Below, one piece after another: positions 10,113 to 23,027 of a DNA stretch of 64,000 nucleotides; position 1 is the stretch's first letter, and every line of letters begins with the position of its first letter. The notes under the pieces were generated by a model. The model saw only the letters and a program-made list of their open reading frames with translations, did not search any database and had not been told where the DNA came from. The translations under genes were made by a program, and so were the position numbers. The stretch spans positions 97,464,001 to 97,528,000 of the forward strand of contig OZ320315.1 in the NCBI GenBank assembly GCA_976226885.1. The letters are read 5' to 3'. Source of the stretch: Iphione sp. A-MEVVRFRX5. Lineage: Eukaryota.

Positions 10113-10249
10113 CTCTGTCTCATGGACAGGTTCTGCATCTCTGTCTCATAATCGTTGCCATCTAGGTCTGCCAGGGTGCATAGCTGCGTTAGGGTGTCCG
10201 TTGATCGCCTGTAGCTTGCCATTATGAAGGATCTCTGAAATATACAAAT

Positions 10250-13200
10250 ATAAGGTGCTTAGGTAAGTCACTTATTCGAGGAACATGAGGTGAAGGGTTT
10301 CTACCAGAGTGATAAGACGCTACCGGGCACAACACTGGGTCAGGTGCCGCATGGAAAGTGACCCCTCGATTCTGATAATAACACTGCTAAAGTTTTTGCC
10401 CACTTCCGGAACCACAATAAGTGAAAGGCGCTGTAACATGACATTCCCTTGATAAGTGACGAGTAGGACCATACCACTGAGCTGCCATGGGGGCAACATC
10501 TGATTGTCAGAGACCCGCTTAATACATCACCAAAATAGCACATAACAAACATCTGCTGCATGATGTGCTTAATATCGCTTGGGTCAAACAGCTCCTCTGA
10601 TGGGGAACGTGAGTCTTCAATCGTCGTACATCCAGAGCCAGCCGCACTTCCCGCGAAGCAAAGGCCGACGCGTCACCATGGGCATCAGCCAGGAATCGTC
10701 ACATGGATCCAATGATATTGATGATGGTACCAGGACAGCTGAACTGCATATGTGATAGGGTGTGTCTAACCTGCGCAATGGACAGTTGGAGCATGTATGC
10801 GCAAATCGCTTGTGAACACCAGTGGCCGAGCTTCATTGTGGTACGGACGGGGGTGCCATCCTATAAGGCGACCTGCACCCCTCCACGCCTGAGACCATGT
10901 ATTGTGGGATGGGGCGCCGGGACGTCCACGCACTATAGGGCATCAGCCCACAGTCAGCGCGCCACTCGTAGTGGGATTGCATCTTTTTCACAAGGAAAGG
11001 TGTAAACCAGATGGTCAGGGAGGCCGGAGTCCACGTCCTGTTAGGCCGCTGCATACGATACACCATGTAACGACAATCTCCTTTGTCTGGTTCGGTCTAG
11101 TCTTGAACCACCGGGCATGCTGCTGTCGATGACAGCATCACGTTTCCATAAATGATATCTTGGATTGAATGCAGCCATTGACTGCAGGAAGAGGTTAGAC
11201 TGCCGGAGAGGCGAGAGGAAAAGCTGCATGAAACCCAAGGCAGCCTGTCAGCCAATGGTAGAGTGACCAAGGGCATCTACTAATTTCCTCAGCAGTCCAG
11301 CAGGAACAATCGGGGGATGACGATGTGGACTAGGCGTGATCCTCAATGCCCTGATAGCATTCTTTACTTGACAGCTATCCCATGGTGCTGTATATCTGTC
11401 CATATCAACGTAGTGCGCCTTGATCTGGGAGATATTATTAGCTACATACGGGGCCGGGATGCCAGGTATTCAATGTACTCACATACATATCAGATCGCTG
11501 GTGCCAGTGGGTTAAAATTATATTTACAGGCAAAATCATCAAATCTCAACAGCCGAGAGATGGATTGTTGGTGTCCCTGGTCTGACTGCCTGCGTCTGCA
11601 GGACTTCCACGTGTCTTAATAGGGCGTCATACTCGGGATCTGGAATGTATCAGAGATAGGGGGCATAATTATGAGCCCAAGCAGATGGGGATACAGATTG
11701 TAGGGCATATTGTTTTATCATAGCTCTGTATTTTCTGCGGCGGCGGACGAGTTCCCCACGTGACTGAGAGCGTCTGCTACTTGCATTTCGGCATCTGGGA
11801 CGTGCTGGCCCATTGTTGCAGCTTGCATCCATAGGGCGTGAGCAGAAGTGTTAATGACATGGCCGCGGCCCCTACCATGGTTGAAGATGTTGACAGTCGG
11901 CTTTTTATTGCACCTAATAAGGATGATGTCTCCGTTGTCGATACGTGGAGTGAATGTCCTAAGTGCCAGGAGGCAATTAATAGCCTCCAATTGGCTAATG
12001 TGGTGAACTTGAGCCACTGCCTTAGGCCAGATGTACGAGTACATGACAGTTCCATCAGTAGCTCCTGCTCCAGTGATGCAGGCATCTGCTTAAATCAGAA
12101 CATTGTGGGGGAGCGGAGCTAAGAATGATTTGCAGTTGCACTTTTCATTATACATTCGGAGCCAACGAAGATCCACTATGACGCTCGTGTTCTGCATTTC
12201 TGATTGCCTCAAGAAGGCGGCACATATACAGTCTGGCTGGAGCTATGATCTTGGCAAGATGGTTAACCTTGCCTGCTAGTCTCCTTGCCTTGCATAACGA
12301 AATGTCCTCATTTGCTGCCTTCACAAAGTGTTTGACATAGAACCGAAGCTTCTCTGTCAGTATTGACAACTGCACTTTGTCCATGTTAAAAACAACTCCC
12401 TGCCACTTGACTTGGTATGCTGGAGGCTGGAGTTTGGCCGTTGCCACTGTGAGGCCAGGTGATGTTGCACTGTTCGATAGTCTCTTTCTGCATCACGGTC
12501 TGCATGTGTGATGATGAGGATATCATCCAGGTACATCAGTGTTTGTATACCAATAGCAGCAAAGTGTTTGACCTAGAAATCCGTGACCCTGTACATACAC
12601 AAGGCAGAACAACCCGCCCCAAAAGCCAATGCCATATCTACATAGTAGGCTCTGTGCGTGAAGATTCCTTATAAAGGCCAATCTCCAGAAGACATCTGGA
12701 AATGTCTATAGGCCCTTTTTAGGTCCACGACTGTGACAAGAGGCGGTGTGTCGTCTTGCAGGAGCATTCACACTGCATCGCTGATTGTTGGCAATCTTTG
12801 GTCATGTCGTGTGCCTGCGATAATCTTCTTCTCACTATATTTGTTGACATTCGCTTGCTGTGGGTATGACAAATCGACTATGACTCCCCTTGATTCGTCA
12901 GGCTTTGGGTGAGTTATTAATGGTGCAACATTAAACCACGGATAGAATGGGGCATCTTGAAAAGGTCCAAGCAATGCGCCGTCCTGCAATTAGGTCTCGA
13001 CATAATCAGATATGGCTCGAGGAAATGCTGGTGCTGATGGGTGATTGTCTGTGTCGACATTAGACAGAGGGGGGCTTCCATATCCCATAGGAAACCCATA
13101 GCCAACGCCCATCAGCACAAGCTTATCATGAGGGTGCCCAGTAGTCCCGTTTTGCCATTGTTGGAATGGCAGACTGCTGTCAACTGGGATCCTGGCTGCT

Positions 13201-15400
13201 TGGAAGTTCGATACTCCAGTTGCCAACACAGCATCATAGATGTATGCCCTCTGTGGGGATAGATGTGTGGGGGTAGGCCATGTGTAACGGCGGTGTTCCT
13301 CTAGGGCATACTAGGGCAGTAATTGAATGATTTGACCAGTGCCCTGTAACGATGTGTGACATATACATCATGTTCGTAACCCGATCACTCCAGCAGTCAA
13401 TGTAACTGCATAACTGGAGCAATCGGGGAAGGGTCAGGGACATAAGAAACAGTTCAGCAACACATGGGGTTGATGTACAGAATTGGTACGGTAAAGGTGT
13501 AACAAACGTGTGTCCGTCTAGTTAAAAATTTAACTCATGGTTTTCCTGGGCATTGCATTGCATTGCTATTTGTTTTCAGGCGGTCCTTTTTCCTCCAGCG
13601 TGGTTCTGCAGACTTTGCTGTGCTTGATGATCCCTGTCCTAGACTTTCATCCATGTCTTTCTCGCACAGGCTGTGGCCACATGCTGGCAGTCTCGATTTC
13701 CAACACCACACCATACGGCGCACCTGTGCCACAATGTAAGAGGTCCGCGGTGGAATTAAACTGCAGCCAATGAAAGTCTGGTGTGCAACCGGTGTATAGC
13801 CTCCTCGGCGAACCATATCAGCTTATGTTGGTGGATCTGGCCGAACGTAGTGAGCGACCAGTCCTTACCACTGTCCAGTTGCCCTGGGTTGCGTCCTCAC
13901 ATATTTCAGGTATGTGTGTCAAGTACCTATGTAGCTCATAGTCCATGGAGAACTCGTCCAATGCCCTGTTACATAATGCCAGGATATATTCGGGCAGAGT
14001 CCACTCGTCAATAGAGGGCCTTTTCTTTACTGCGACCGCTATATTCCTAGGGAGTGACACAAAGGGTCGCCATCACTTATTTACCTCTTGAGTGATGGGG
14101 TCAGGACGAAATGTTGTCCCTGTCTTGCCTACGGTATCCACCATTGTCAGGGTGTCTCTATTCACTCAGGCCCTCGTTGAACGACCATCTATCCCCACTG
14201 TTGTACTGCAACCTCACTCCTACTATGTTGAGTAGCCGGGGTAGAATGTACAGGTGGTTGACTAAAGTCTTTGCTATGTCTTTGCTATCCAGCCATGGCC
14301 AAGGTGGTCGGGTGGAGCTGACCATATGCCCACCAGTAGCCATGGACCGCTTCTTCTTGACCGGTTTTGTGACCGTACACCTAACTTTCGGTTCTTTCTC
14401 TCCTATTCTGGGCTTTCTTGTCTCTAGGCGCAATATGGCCATACAGCCCCCTATCCGCTTCATCCTGAAAAGAATGTAAAACATGTCAGCACGTGGATTT
14501 TTTGGTGAGAGACACAGGCAAGCACAGGATGCCCAGCTGCTAGACGTCCTGCCTCATCCTCTCAACGTGAGAAGCACCTACAGGCACACTTGACATCACG
14601 TCTGCAACCTCTATCTGCACCACTGGAACATGCCAGTAGACAATCCTGACATGCAACTTGGCTTGGCTGGTAGCAGCGAGAAGGTGAGGCCTTTCCTGTC
14701 TTGAACACAGAGATGGCCGCCGCGCATTTGCACTGGTTACAAAGCAACTGAGCGAGCGGGGTGTGTACATGTCGTATATAATGCCATGACTGTGGCGCCC
14801 TCGCTTGCAATGGCCTAGCATTATTCATGCCGCTCCGATGTGTTTGCGATTAGCTGCTTCCTTAGTCAAGGCACATGTCGTCGGGTATGTGCCTTTGCTA
14901 AGCCGTCATATCATCAGGATTCTGCCTAGATCTAATGAGAGAACATGTTTTGGAGTAAAGCCATGTAAGGCCTGGGGAAACGTAGATCTGTGTCCTTGAT
15001 TGGGAACGGTGGCACTTCATGGTCAAGAATGTCGTCAACCTTATGAATATCAGCCTTTTGACCAAAGTGGACATCTTTGGGCTTCTTGCAGCCTGTCTTA
15101 TCACAGGAAGTATCAGAATCAGTGGTGTAGCCCTATTTTCCGACATGCTGGTGAGAGCTTCAAGCCCAGGACCTGCTGGACGACCTTCTTTTTATGCTCC
15201 TTCTTTGAATCCTGTCATGCATCCGGCCTTGCAAGGTCTTGTCCATTTTTGAGATAGTTTGTAGCAATTGTGAAGTGGTCATCTGAGGGTGGAGGCTGGC
15301 TTGCTGCCGGGGCCGAGAGCTCAGGTGGTTGGTCTGGCTGCGAGGCCCCGGCCTTTACAATCAATGTTGATATGTACCTATGAAGCAGGATCTTTCAAGG
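10250..15400 (-). mobile_element. Decayed Ngaro-type tyrosine-recombinase (DIRS order) retrotransposon, copy 1
   Basis: Gag (IPEICEDATQGNWTVVR, 13818-14060). RT (NFQAARIPVDSSL, GFPMGY, GPFQDAPF, VIVDLSYP). RNase H (HISQLEAINCLLAL). YR (LRQSNL about 11190; HGLRRGG and GHWCSQAICAY about 10790-10890). Second YR fragment KWAKT...LCPV at 10330-10420. Confidence 0.88.
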
Positions 15401-15604
15401 GCAGAGAGTGATTTACTGTCGTGTGTCCATAACCCTCCTCTTCTAGATAGTCAGATGCCTTCCAACAGTCTAAGGTGATGAAAACCAATTAACTTCATGA
15501 ATTTCTTTTTTGAAAATTTTATTTATCCTGACAGTCCAACTGGTGCCAGCGTATTCTACTACAATTTTCTCAAAGGAAATTCTATTTGTATGATATGTTG
15601 AATA

Positions 15605-15795
15605 CCCAGTGTTTTTTTTTTAAATGTTCTAAAAAAGTTTTTGTAAAACGTTTTTAGAACGTTTTTTCCAAAAAACGTTCTAAAAACGTTTTCTTATCTG
15701 GTTAGGAAAACGTTATACAAACTTTCATTTACAACATTTTAACGTTTTTTACAACGTTTTTACAACGTTTTTAAAACGTTTATGTGTTGGCTGGG
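15605..15795. mobile_element. Small non-autonomous DNA element (CCCAG...CTGGG termini) with AACGTT repeats and a central palindrome
   Basis: Terminal CCCAG/CTGGG. Perfect 23-bp inverted arms at 15645-15667 and 15670-15692. No clear TSD. It interrupts a LINE RT remnant (RHQHGFLPG at about 15860-15890). Confidence 0.6.
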
Positions 15796-18169
15796 AAATA
15801 CCAAGTGTTGTTACCATCAGGGATGTCTCTTAGTATTTCACCCATTGCTGTCTTTGTCGATGTACCTGGCAGGAATCCATGCTGATGTCTTGACCTAAAG
15901 TTGATTCTAAATAGTTCTTCATTTAAGACCTTACAATTGATTTGAATTTAATATAGGTCGCCCTGAGAGGGCATTGTTCATGACATGGATATGATACAAA
16001 TAAGTATTTCGATAGGTTGTAGACAGACTGTTGAAATAAAGGAGTAAATGATTGGATACGCATAGCATTATATTTTGTGTTGATAAAAGAATGTAGAAAA
16101 AATAAACAAAGAAGAAAACTAATATATATAACATTGATAATCAGTTATTATGTCAGTATTATGTCAACATAATACAAAGAGAAATTTAAAGGTACCGTTG
16201 ATATCATTTAACAAAGAAAGTTCAAATTATAAAGAAATAACGCATAGCAATGGTGGAAAAGGTGTAATAATTTAAAACTGACACATATTAGAAAGGAAAA
16301 ATGTTTTTTTGAGACAGAAATTTGGCAGTCAATCTGAATTCCAATATGTTCCTCCCTTAACACATTATCAATATTGTTGCAACGTTTTGTTGCAGAGTAG
16401 TATAATGATTTCCGTATTAACTCATTTCTGGGTGTTGGCAATGATGAAGTGCACTCTAACAGGTACCGAAACAATCAAAAACAAATAAACAAGTCTTTCC
16501 TTGCATTACTTTGAATACAGCTCCGAGATGGTCTGCCAAAGCTCTTAGTTTTCTCATGTGGCCCCATAGGGCCTTATTATTCATTGCTGGCCAGTCGTCC
16601 TACCGGGTCTTGGAAGGTGCTTAGTGATTCTCTTGAGTTCGGGTCTGCAGCTTTAGCTGTGGGTAAAACATATAGCAGGCGTATTTGGTACCCCTCTGGT
16701 TTCGTAGGTTGGCTGGTTTAGTTCAACGTAGTTCTCAACATGGTTAATATGTGAATGTGAATTACCACTAACCCCACGTTGCTCGACATGGTGGCGGCTT
16801 GCTACAAAATGTCTATTTTCACCCTTTACATAAGGGTGGTCTAAGTGTACTCACTTCTTGTCCAGTAGTCCATACAGGGCGGCTACTCCGTTTCTGGTTA
16901 GAGTTGAGGCCAGGGTTCTGGCGGGCCTGCCTTGGCCGCGGCCTGCTCCCCTCCCACCTAGGCGAAAAGCCGGCTGCTGCTGCCTATCATTCTCTTCAAG
17001 TTGGTATCGGCCAATGTCCAAAAGGTCAGATAGCCCTGTCTCTTTGAGAATAATAAGATCTGATCTCTTGTTGACATCCTCAATTGTTTCAGCCTTAATT
17101 TTGACCTCATCTCATCAGCATATGATCTGCTTAACTGCAGCTCAGAGGAGTCCTTGATTTGGCTTTCGATAATGGCCGCTTGGGTCTTGGGCCGCTGATT
17201 TACAAGCAGCCGCAGTCGTCCGCTCCAGATAGCCATATTTTTTTAAATAATAAGGGTGACATGGGCCTTTTTAAGGCTATAAAGCTCTTCCCTTATGTGG
17301 TCATCTTTGATATAACCTGGGATTGGCGTCCTGCTTATACTGCATTGCAACATGAAGGACTGTGACTTAATTTTCCTTATAAAACTAAGCCAAACTGAAT
17401 TCCGCATATAAGCACCAGTGTGGCGCATGGCTGACATCCAAGTTTCAACAGCAGAAGTGGGAAGGTCTTCCAACCAAGTATGTGACTGCAAAGAGAAAAG
17501 ACAGGGTTTATTATTGTTTCTTTTACATGCAAATCTTGGGATCGGGGTGCTAGTCACTCTTGTCACCTGGACAGCAGGATGTTGGATGTGACTTCCCGCT
17601 ATAAATAGCAAGTTCTGTAATGTATCATTGATAGCAACATCAGTTTCAACTATATCCTATGGTCAAAGTCAAACACTGATGCATACATTAATGACTCAGT
17701 CACAAAGTAAGACTTCTGTATGGTGGTCTCGCAAAGAAATTATTTCCATTTCGAAATCCATCTCATCAGGAACAAACACAGTATGTTGGTCCACTAGAAA
17801 CCCTATTTCTGTGGTTGACGAAAAAGATACTGAGGCGATTAGTGAGATTATTAGTAAAATAATTAGTACAGTAATACAGAAGGAAAGGGCTGGGAATGTA
17901 ACTTTTCCTTATCACCTGAGGATATCCCTATGGATTCAATCATCCAGGTGGGAGTATCATTGAGGCGAACAATCTTCAAAAGTGATTACCTGGACAAAGC
18001 ATGGTCAACAGACGGAATTCCTATGAATTCTAGCAGTCTGAGGCCAGTGTGTCCAAGTATCCACAGACAAAAACGGTGAACGGGTACACTATCAACAGAC
18101 AGAATTCCCATGAATTCAATCAATCTTAGACCTAAGTACCCAAAAGTCTATATCGAGTGCTAAAAAAGT

Positions 18170-18775
18170 TCAACAATACAGTTTGTGGAGGAACTTCTTG
18201 TATTCTTCCACCATCAGTCTCCTGCCGACCACTCCAAAATGGCAGCCATCAGATAATTGACTCAGTTTGTTCACCTGATGCCGGTTCACTTTGGTATGCA
18301 CAATGGAACCAATGAACGGTGTGGGCTGATTATTTCCTCTGTTGAAGCAAAAGATAAATGCATTAATTTTGTGCATGGCTCGGTTAATCACTTTTTGTTC
18401 CCTATTGAACTTACTTTTGTCTAGTAAGGTATGTGATAAATGTTCATTATATCGACATATATCTATACCAACAAATTGTGAAAAAATGATAAAACCGCTT
18501 CTGAAATGATCGTTTAACTTGTCATAGCATGTACTGATTATGAGAGTCAGTCTGTCACTTATCAACATCGGGTCCTCGTCAGGTAGATTGACCTGCCTTC
18601 CACTCTTATTTGTTATGTCACATATTCCAGCCTGTATTATTATATACAGTGGAGTTTTTTCTGTCAGCACAGATATCCCTTTCCCAGGAAAGCAGTGAAC
18701 CTTGATGGCGACACCCATTCTCCAGAGGTCTCCTTCCAGTAGACCTGCAATTGAATCTGAAAACACGTGACTGGT
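18170..18775 (-). CDS. SGNH-hydrolase-like ORF of copy B1
   Basis: VFSDS (block I), VHCFPGKG, IIIQAGICDIT (block III), LSDGCHFG (block V D-x-x-H). No ATG before the motifs; in frame with the NADAR stop codon. Confidence 0.75.
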   Translation of the reverse strand, partial: TSHVFSDSIAGLLEGDLWRMGVAIKVHCFPGKGISVLTEKTPLYIIIQAGICDITNKSGRQVNLPDEDPMLISDRLTLIISTCYDKLNDHFRSGFIIFSQFVGIDICRYNEHLSHTLLDKSKFNREQKVINRAMHKINAFIFCFNRGNNQPTPFIGSIVHTKVNRHQVNKLSQLSDGCHFGVVGRRLMVEEYKKFLHKLYC

Positions 18776-20510
18776 TCATGTCGAATTGTCAGCGGGCACT
18801 GGTGTTCTCCCTGCTAGCTCACTCCTAATTGTGCAAAGCATTTTGCCCAGCTCATTTCTACCAGGAAACTCCCCTGTCAAAATGCCTGTCGACTTCACAT
18901 TTACACCTGCCCCCCAGAATTGGTTTTTGACCGCTTGCACCAAAGACAATTCACCAGTTCTCAACAGGGCCACTCGCATACCCTTGTTCTGGTTATATTT
19001 AGCACAGAGTATGTTTTTCAATAGGGACAACCGGTCTTCATGAGTCAGTGTTGAGTCAATTAGCATACCCTTCCGTAGTAGTGCTGATGGCTCCTCGATA
19101 GCTATGAGTTCTAGCACCAGTTTATTATTCTTGATCATTTTTGCTTGTTGTTTTTGCTAAGAACGCCTGCTCTGCACTCGTGTACAACGTGTCATTTTAA
19201 GTCAATGGGCAGCGATATATGGTACTCAATGGGTGGTTGCGACCATGAAAGCCAAGTGTGCTGTCCGATCTATTTTCAGCCGCTCTTTCGAGTGAGAGAC
19301 CAGCTGGTAAGTTTTTGAGTGTTCTTGTGGTATACACACTACTGTTTACTACTAATTTGTCACCGTCTAATTTTGACGTATAGTTCAAGGACTAAGACAA
19401 ATGGTGGACACTACGTAATTCGGCTCGATTAATCCTCTCTGGTCCAGTCAAATCGTCATTCAACAATATCCCCCGTCTTTCTCGTAGATTTCCCCTTCCT
19501 TGCATGATTGCAATTTTAGAGGACTGTCTGGTCATTTGGACTAATGTCCCTCACCTTCCCTTCTCTTTTCATACTCAATCTGTAGATCATGTCTATGTCT
19601 GTTTTCGTCATGGTCGGGCATGCTAATTGAAACAATTCCATCACCCTTGTGTTTAATCTTTCAAAGTTTTCACCTCCTCCTTCTAGCAACCCTGAGATAA
19701 TGATATTCGAGCTCCTCTGCTGTTTTTCTAGCCTTATGTGACTGTTCTCCCTCTCGTTTACTTTCTGGGTTAATTTCCCGAACTTGATGGAATTAATACC
19801 TCTCATTGTTTTCAAGCTCTCTACAGTTGCTCGTAGTTCCTTATTCTCTCTTTCTAGCGAGTCGACCATTGTTAGAATGTCATTCTGATCGCTTTTAATT
19901 GAACTAATTAGTTCAGTGTTCTCCTGATAGTAACCTGAAGGGATTCTAATATACTCTTTGTCTCAGTCACATGCTTCTGTAGTATCTCTTCCAATTTTGT
20001 CACTATCTGTTTCATTTCCCCACTTATTTCTTGCATCAGACCGTGATTCAATAACGACATTGGTTCTTCCTCTGTCGATGTTGTCTGTAAGCTCTGTAAA
20101 AATTTGAAAATGGTTGCTTGAACTATTTTGGGAGAATGTTCAGTAAGCTGAATGCTCTTTTTGTGTCCTTCTCTTCCTCATTAGGTGACCTATCCTTTCT
20201 TTTCTTACTTTCTTCATCAATGGTTTGGTCTAATGGCTGTGACTGCTCTACACCTGTATCTACAATACTATCCCTGTATGGTACTGATTTTGTATCATTA
20301 GCTATAGGTGTCTGTGAAATAGTTTATATGTGTGTATATGTTGCTAGGGCCACCTAACATATGTGCACTCATATACGGAGTATGAACTGCATAATTCATG
20401 TGTGCCGGGGGTGGCTGTTGTTGTGCCATTGTTGGTGTAGTCATGACCGCATTCACATACCCACTAGCCGTTGCTGGCGACAGGTCTATAATTAGATTGG
20501 GGTCTGACAT
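18776..20510 (-). pseudogene. ORF1-NADAR of copy B1 (frameshifted)
   Basis: HPLSTIY...LYTSAEQAFLAK (19150-19230); AKYNQNKGMRVALLRTGELSLVQAVKNQFWGAG...PGRNELGKMLCTIRSEL (18776-19138). Confidence 0.88.
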
Positions 20511-20979
20511 GCCTGCAATATCGCCCTACTGTTTCACAGAGAATATGTTTTTTGATTCCTTTCTGTCTATAAATCGACAATATTGGGCTCAGTACAGTTT
20601 ATTTAGGTGATATAGCACTTGCGGAACTAGTCTCTTATTTCAGTAGACACAAAACAAACTACTTATCCAATTTTGTAGCTTATTTCCACACTTCGCTGGC
20701 TCCGCCGTTCACCGCACGTCCGTCTCACACCGCTGCCATTTTTGGTTGACAAACGGCACACGACTGGATCAATGTTGTCATCTTCGATGAATGACATTTT
20801 GCCTGCTCTCCTGGTAATTGTCTTCAATGAATGACATTTTGTCTGTGTTTCCCCTTCTGGATGTGTGGGCATAGTGTTTCTCCTCCTTGTGTCTTATGAA
20901 AAACTTATATATATTTCAGACCTTAGGTTTCTTTCACCTCTGGTTTTGCTTGAGCGGTAGTCAAAGCAGTATAAATACT

Positions 20980-21300
20980 GTGTATAATTCCATTCTGCTT
21001 GTTGAGCTGCTGTTTTCTAGCTTTATTGTTCCTTGATTTTTGGAAGTAGTATTATGGCATCCCATCTGAGCTGAAAGTGTTGGGGCAGGTTGGGCTCCTG
21101 CCCTTTTCTCCATGTATGTGCTTACCAGAAAAATCTCCCTGTCCCTTGAGAAAAAATGACAGATAAAGGTCAAAGGTGTAAGACGGTGTTTTGAGCATTT
21201 TCCTTCGTTCTTTGGTTGTGATCGAGTCTTCTCCTCAAGCAAATATATTATCAGACATGTTGATCGCATGTGTTTTTACAGGTGCATCCCTCAGAGTGGT
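20980..21300 (-). mobile_element. MULE 3' fragment, same family as 7780-7950
   Basis: GTTGGGCTCCTGCCCTTTTCTCCA.GTATGTGCTTACCAGAAAA is shared with about 7885-7930. Confidence 0.7.
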
Positions 21301-21353
21301 GCAATCTGCAGTTCCCTTCTCTCCACTTTATGAAAAATGGAAGTTCGTCCAAT

Positions 21354-21776
21354 TGTAACAAAACTCAAGACGACACAGGTTTCCAAGTTGGTTGATCTTC
21401 TTTATTACGGACAGTACACATACAAGTGGTAATCACAGAGCTCTCCAAAAAGTGTGAAGAAATTAAGACATTATATACAGATAGGTTACGACCCTATGTC
21501 AGGTCATAGTTCGTAACCTTAAGCACAAAGTTCACAATAGTTCCTAACCTTAGGTCATAGTTCACTCGACCTTCGACATGGATGCATGACCTGGGTCATG
21601 ACCAGTGTCCCACCCTGGCACCTTTCAATGATGGATGTAAAAGCTGTCAACACCCACCCTGGAAGTGCGTCCCCATTCCAACATAGCATTTTTGAGACTA
21701 CCCTGTCACTTTTTATATAGGTTATGAGTGTCTACTGGTGTGTGGGATGGCAATGTCCAGATGCCACTTTGTAACA
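21354..21776 (-). mobile_element. Possible solo LTR
   Basis: TG...CA termini; on the minus strand a TATAAAA box (about 21715) precedes AATAAA (about 21403). No TSD found. Confidence 0.35.
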
Positions 21777-22103
21777 TGGCACACCTCTTAGACAAGGATC
21801 CACACTTATAAACTTATATCTGTACACTATATATAGGCACTCTCTGAGACATAATAATCACGAATCGTGTACTCATTAAGGTATCCTATCTGTTCGCAAT
21901 ATGATGTCTGCAATATGAATGTCCGCCATATTAACACTACTGTGTTACGCAATGTTGAACATGCGGCCATGGCGCCACATTGTACCAGGTGCTCAAGATG
22001 ATATGGCCTTTCATGCAGACAAACTGTATGTTTATCTGCAAGCATAGCCAGGAAGGCTGAAACATTTTCAGTATACTTATTGCTTTGATGATACTCATTC
22101 CGA

Positions 22104-22120
22104 TGCTGGGGAGCAAGGTG

Positions 22121-22159
<39 letters not shown>

Positions 22160-23025
22160 TTGTTTATTGTCTCAGTGATCTTCTTATAGAAGTTGTTCAG
22201 GTTGGGACGTTATACATTCATGGTAGATTCATACATATGGATCAATCTTTAAATTTTTACCATCTTATTGAATTCTTTCATTGTTTTGCGGTTTCTTGAT
22301 ACAGCAGGGAGGTTATTCCACAAAGTACAACCTATCTCAAACAGGGACTTACAGATACTCCTAGCTTTAGAGGTATACATCGAGATTCTCTTAGTACGTC
22401 CAGCCCTCATGTGATTTCTTGTTCTTAATGGTAGTATTTCATGTAGTACCAGAGAGTGTACAAATTTTACTGTTATAATTTTAATTCTGTGTTCAAATTC
22501 ATAAATTAGTCCTAGATATATGGGATTCTGTCTATATCCAGTTATTTTCTTGCAGAGTATCATATGTGCACATCTAAGATATGTTCTTTTCACTTTGTTG
22601 AGGATAATTCTATTAGTACCACAGATAAATGGTGCAATGTAATCAATACAGGAATATATAAACAATTTGAACAGTGTTACCCTGATTTCCTCAGGCAGAT
22701 AGCGTTTTGTCTTTCATATTGTATAGGCAGAGTTCCACATACAGCGGATGACATTATTACACATTTCTTTCCAGTTGAGCTTTTCATTGATTACATACCC
22801 AAGTATTTTGACAGTTTTGCACCTCTTTAGTTTATATCCATTAGATTCTATTTCACTTATATTCAAATGGAGGTTGCCTAAGATACAAAAAGCGCTTTTC
22901 TCATGACATACAATCAAGTTATGATGATAGCACCATTTCATAGTATATTCATAGGTTCTTCTGACATTTTTGATTAAGTCCTCTGCAGTGCGTCCTCGTA
23001 CCACAAAAGTAATGTCATCTGCATA
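22104..23025 (-). pseudogene. LINE copy B2, 3' segment: RT from YADD to C-terminus plus (ATT)n tail
   Basis: Minus strand TAT GCA GAT GAC at 23025-23014 (YADDITFVVRG); KTVKILGYVINEKLNW; AATAAA followed by an (ATT)n tail at 22104-22150. Confidence 0.88.
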
Positions 23026-23027
23026 TT

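Larger units (their letters stand above)
15931..20760 (-). mobile_element. Decayed NADAR/SGNH LINE, lineage B copy B1; most of ORF2 missing
   Basis: ORF1 pieces (QQRSSNIIISGLLE, 19516-19869), NADAR, SGNH, about 1.6 kb of unassigned sequence, then RT C-terminus (PRNELIRKSLYYSATKRCNNI, 16208-16474) and a LINE-like 3' end near 15931. Confidence 0.7.

Noticed and set aside
18776-18778. Selenocysteine recoding of the in-frame TGA
   Set aside because: No SECIS could be identified and the aligned position is not a Cys in homologs.
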